This document shows positions 37,006 to 41,297 of a DNA stretch of 41,297 bases, in pieces. Each line of letters starts with the position of its first letter. Position 1 is the stretch's first letter. Under the pieces are notes generated by a model that ran no database searches, was not told the origin of the DNA, and saw only the letters and a list, made by a program, of their open reading frames with translations. Source of the DNA: a bacterium (GTDB taxonomy: Bacteria > Hinthialibacterota > Hinthialibacteria > Hinthialibacterales > Hinthialibacteraceae); the NCBI GenBank assembly GCA_963663405.2, contig CAXXSM010000120.1, positions 1 through 41,297 on the forward strand. Direction: 5' to 3'. The position numbers were made by a program, and so were the translations under genes.

Positions 37006-39349
37006 ATGGAGCGCCGATTTATAAACCAGGCGTTATGGATGATTGGGATTAGCGCTGCGTTTCTCGCTCCAGCGGTTTCAACCTCTTTTGGAGAGATGAC
37101 GGAAGCCTTCCGTTCCGCCGTTGAGTTGGATTGGGCGCAACAGGAACAACGATGGGATCGGGAACCGGCCGATCTGGAATCGATTCGTGCAGCGCTGAAG
37201 CGGGGCGAACGGCTCCTTGCGGATTTATCCTCCATGCCGGACGGCCCAAACATGGACCAAGAACAAAGCGCTCTGCGGCGCTTTCAAGAGCAGGCCAACA
37301 CTATGGAAGGCAGCGATGTAGCGGAACGTCTCTCCCTTTATCATCAAATCCGCTGGCTTATTCGCGAAGCGGCGTTCAAGAATCCACTCGTCGGCGATGA
37401 AAAAATCGTATTTCTTAAACGGCGGCGATTTATCTGTCAAATGCTTCACGAGTACCTGGGTTATTTTTACGATTACGAGGACATCGCAGGCGGCGGTGTG
37501 TATATCCTCGAAGAACCGGGTCAGGCGGCGGCGTACAACGATTTAATCCAAGACCGCCTTCCGCGGGGCAACTATACAACGCTCGCGCTTTCATACGACG
37601 CGAAAACGATTTATTTTGGATTCGCAGAACGCGCGGAACAGAAACCGGATTACTACTCCAAAGACCGGCGCTGTTTTCATATCTACGCGATGGACGCCGA
37701 TGGAACAAATCTCCGCCAGCTGACGGATGGTCTCTATGACGATTTCGATCCCTGTCCCCTGCCGGATGGGGGAATCGCATTCATGTCCACCCGCCGGGGC
37801 GGATTCGGCCGCTGCCACAATCCGTGGGAACCGCTTCCCGCCTACACGCTGCATCGCATGAATCCGGATGGAACGAACATCCAAACCTTATCCTTCCATG
37901 AGACAAACGAATGGCACCCAAGCGTCCTGCATGATGGGCGGATCGTCTATATTCGATGGGATTACGTGGACCGGTCCGCCGCCAATTTTCATGGCCTGTG
38001 GGTGAGTAATCCAGACGGCAGCAATCCACGGGCGTTGTTCGGTAATTTCACCAAGCGCGTCAACGCGTGCTATCAACCGAAAGCGATCCCAGGATCAAAC
38101 CGTATCGTCTTCATCGCGGGCGCTCATCACGCGGATGTCGGCGGTTCGTTGGTGATTGTCGATCCCGATCGCCTTACTCTCGACGAGCAGACGGGAGAGG
38201 ATGATTTCTGTTCGCTCGATATTCTGACGCCGGAAATCTGTTTTCCCGAAGCGGCTGGCTGGCCGAAGAATTATTTCCACAGCCCCTGGCCGCTCTCAGA
38301 GAACTACTTCCTTACCGCTTTCAGTTTTGATCCCCTCCCTGGAATGGGACCGAAAGTGAAAAAGGATACGGAAACCGGCCTCTATCTCTACGACCGTTTC
38401 GGCAACATGGAATTGCTCTATAAAGAGAGAGGTATCTCGTGCATGTACCCCATTCCCCTCCGTCCGCGTGATATCCCGCCAGTGATTCCCAGCGCGCTCG
38501 ATCCGCAACTTGGAGACGAAGGCGAATACATGTTGACCAATATAGCCCAGAGCCAATTTTCCCTGCCTGAATCGCGGCCGGTTCGGGAGCTGCGCGTCTT
38601 CCAAATCCTGCCGAAAAGCGAGACACATGTCGCGAATCGGCCCCGGCTGGGACACGCCAACGCCGAATCCGCGCGCATGTTTCTCGGCGCGATTCCCGTG
38701 GAAGAGGATGGCTCCGCTTATTTTCGCGCGCCCGCGCGTAAACCATTGGCGTTTCAAGCGGTGGATAAAACCGGCCGCGCGATCCAGATCATGCGCAGCG
38801 TGACGTACGTGCAGCCAGGAGAACGGCGCGGGTGTATCGGATGCCATGAATCCACCGGTGTAACCGAAAGCAAAATCCTCCCACTCGCCATGCGCCGCGA
38901 ACCATCCCGCATTGAACCCGGTCCCAGCGGCTCTCATCCGTGGAGTTATCCACGCCTCGTGCAGCCGATTCTCAATAAACACTGCGTCCGATGTCATAAT
39001 GGCGCCGAACGAGAAGGAAAAACGCTCTTTAGTCTAATGGATACACCAGTGGATTCTTTTACGGGCCTCCTATATAAACCTGAAACCGTATGTCCGTTGG
39101 TATGAATGGGGTGACAATACGATCGATCCTATCGTTACTAAACCGGGACGAACACCGAGTGTTGTTAGTCCACTCGTCTTGATCCTTGAAAACAACATTC
39201 ACAAAACGGCTATTGGTTTGAGCGATGAAGAACGAAGGCGCCTCTACCTCTGGCTCGATGGCAACGCGTCCTTCTATGGCTGTTATCAGAAAGACTCTCT
39301 CCTCGCCCAACACCGGGGAGAATCCATCCCCCCGCCCAAACTGCAATAG
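37006..39349 (+). CDS. HzsA-related beta-propeller protein with two c-type heme motifs (frameshift near 3' end)
   Basis: Signal peptide; TolB-like repeats (DGTNLRQLT, DFDPC.LPDG.I.F.STR, RWDYVDR), VEEDGSAYF.AP, CIGCHE, CVRCH. Removing one G at 39063-39065 extends the frame to ...WLDGNASFYG...PPPKLQ* at 39349. Confidence 0.8.
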
Positions 39350-39423
39350 TTCTAAGCGCCTTATAATACGCGATTCACCTTACGAGGTGAGCGATGAACT
39401 CATCCGGCGGATGAATCTTCGTT

Positions 39424-40084
39424 TTATTTTTTATTCGCTTGGAGTTTTTCATAGTAAGACGGATAGTATTGTTTAATGCAGTCCGGGCAGAGGCTGTGTG
39501 TGAATTCGGCGTTGGAACGATCGCGGATGTACTTTTCCAATTCCTCCCAATAGCCAGTATCATTGCGGATTTTTTTACAACTCGCGCAAATTGGAAGAAG
39601 GCCTCTCAATTCTTTGATTTCCTGCAGTCTTTTTTCTAAGATCTTGTTTTGTTCCTGGATTTGTTCCAATTGGTTTTGAATGACAAGCCGTTGTTTGTAG
39701 AGATCACAAAAGATGTTGACTTTGCTGGCGAGAATGTAGGGATCAATGGGTTTGTATAAAAAATCAACTGCGCCGGCGTCATAGCCTTTGAACGAGTATT
39801 TATCGTCTTTACTGATCGCGGTGACAAAAATGATGGGGATGTGCCGTGTACGCTTGTTTCCCCGCATGAGCCTCGGCGGTTTCGAATCCATCCATTTATT
39901 CGGGCATCTGCACGTCGAGAAGTACAAGAGCGAATTCATGTTCCATCAACATTCCCAGCGCTTCATTGCCGGAGGCGGCTTTGAAGAGCGCGCGGCCGGG
40001 AGCTTCAAGTAGATTTTCTAAGGCAAGCAGGTTTTCTGGACGGTCATCCACTGCCAGGATGTTAATCAGGGGTGTGTCATTCAC
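39424..40084 (-). pseudogene. Response regulator (receiver, coiled coil and Cys-rich LPICASCKKIR domain), disrupted
   Basis: ILAVDDRPENL..LLDVQMPE | MDGFETAE | LMRG..PIIFVTA..KP; in-frame TAA at 39896-39898 and an extra base at 39871-39872. Confidence 0.8.
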
Positions 40085-40274
40085 GGTGTCGCCTCGGTCA
40101 GTGCAAGAGTGAATTGTGATCAGGATTTCCATGGCGAGTAAGACACTCGCGCTGAATAACACTATAACTCATTTAATAGTAATATCATAAAGAATATATC
40201 TATGTCTTTGTTCATTCACATAGAATTAATATGGATAGGCTTCCTATTTTGTAAAATTGCCATAGGCGCGTGGG

Positions 40275-40642
40275 CTATGCGTCCAAAATCGCGCGCACTT
40301 TTTCGGAGAGTTTTTTTGGAGTAAATGGTTTTTCAAGGAAATGAACGCCTTCTTCCAGTATGCCATGTTGGGCGACGGTGTCATCTGTGTATCCGGAGAT
40401 GAATAGGACTTTTACACCGGGCCGTAGAGAAGTCAGTTTTTCCGCCATATCGCGTCCACTCATCCGGGGTAAAACAACATCGGTGATTAAAAGGTGGATC
40501 GATCCCTCCCATTTCGCATTGGCTTTTATGGCTTCATCATAACTGTCCGTCGCGAGGACCGTATAGCCACATTCACCCAGGACATGAGTGATCATGTCCC
40601 GGACGATCTCTTCGTCTTCCACTAACATGATCGTTCTCCGTG
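40275..40642 (-). pseudogene. C-terminal receiver domain of a probable hybrid sensor kinase, cut off by IS3
   Basis: (T-E-T-I)MLVEDE, LLITDVVLP, ISGY, KPF are typical of hybrid-kinase receivers; the sequence abuts the IS end at 40643. Confidence 0.75.
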
Positions 40643-41297
40643 TGAGGTGTACCCCATTGTCAAGACAGGAATCAAGGAAATTTAAAGTAGGTTTTCAACC
40701 TCGATTTCGTTCAACTCAAGTCTCCTTATTTGGGATCCGGAAATCATGATGATTCCAGATTCTCATAAAACTTTCCCGATATTATACACTACCAGGAGAA
40801 ACGGAGATCGGTTCTGCTGTAGAGCAACCGGGTCAAGGGATATCCTGGTGCGTGTGCGACGGATTGCCGTCAGGGAGACGTATCAGATCATCCCCTTTTT
40901 TCGATCATTTCAAGATAATCCAGAGCATTTGCCAATGCCTTAAAAAACTCAAACGCAAAGTTCTTGGACCGTCAAGTTTTCTAGTGTTCTCTATAAACCT
41001 GAAGCGGCGTCTTATATCCCAAGGCTTGGTGTAGACGCTCATTATTGTAGAACTGAAAATAATCCGTTAGTCCGCGCACACAATCATTCACCGTTTCGTA
41101 ACTTTTGATATAGACCTCCTCATATTTCACTGACCGCCATAACCGTTCGACGAAAATATTATCGAACACTCGGCCTCTTCCATCCATGCTGATGAGAGTC
41201 CTCTCTTTCTTCAAGCGACTCGTAAAATCCGTGCTTGTGAATTGAGAGCCTTGGTCACTGTTGAAGATCGTTGGCTTATCAATTTCAAAAGCCATCT
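40643..41297 (-). mobile_element. IS3-family insertion sequence, right part
   Basis: Terminal sequence TGTCTTGACAATGGGGTACACCTCA (minus strand, ending in CA at 40643) downstream of a DDE transposase. Confidence 0.8.
40981..41297 (-). CDS. IS3-family transposase OrfB, C-terminal part (truncated by the window edge)
   Basis: IFNSDQGSQFTS, SMDGRGR..DNIFVERLWRSVKYE, YNNERLHQALGYKTP. Confidence 0.95.
   Translation of the reverse strand, partial: MAFEIDKPTIFNSDQGSQFTSTDFTSRLKKERTLISMDGRGRVFDNIFVERLWRSVKYEEVYIKSYETVNDCVRGLTDYFQFYNNERLHQALGYKTPLQVYREH

Noticed and set aside
37006-39349. Anammox hydrazine synthase assignment
   Set aside because: No beta/gamma subunit genes or other anammox context; only family-level resemblance
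39896-39898. In-frame TAA as stop-codon recoding or an IS excision footprint
   Set aside because: It is an extra codon relative to the QMPEMDG consensus rather than a substituted residue, it is not a clean duplication, TAA terminates other genes here, and a frameshift lies 25 nt away

Overview
A 41.3 kb bacterial chromosomal window of mixed housekeeping and accessory genes. Housekeeping and signalling genes include an ABC-F ATPase, an orphan CheV, a short purH, purM, a galactokinase plus nucleotidyltransferase pair and PBP1B. Many genes encode exported or periplasmic glycan- and envelope-related proteins: a Tat Gfo/Idh/MocA oxidoreductase with a HEAT-repeat partner, SGNH hydrolase, RlpA-like and LEA_2 lipoproteins, a membrane sulfatase-fold protein, deacetylase, BNR sialidase-like protein, Pro/Thr-dockerin protein, pseudopilin and an HzsA-like heme protein. 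The right end holds the 3' part of an IS3-family element that has cut into a two-component gene. The pseudopilin style (AVPNFLNAQIRAK) and gene mix suggest an OLB16/Hinthialibacterota- or Sumerlaeota-like organism (inference only). No rRNA, tRNA, CRISPR array or complete defence system was seen. The most unusual signals are non-coding: (i) a ~90 nt hairpin-forming repeat in 4 intergenic copies with one compensatory base pair; (ii) at least three other short REP-like or heptamer repeat families, one of which brackets a two-gene cargo in inverted orientation; (iii) a ~340 nt structured non-coding 3' end of the IS3 element. Five small insertions disrupt four genes and may be assembly errors.
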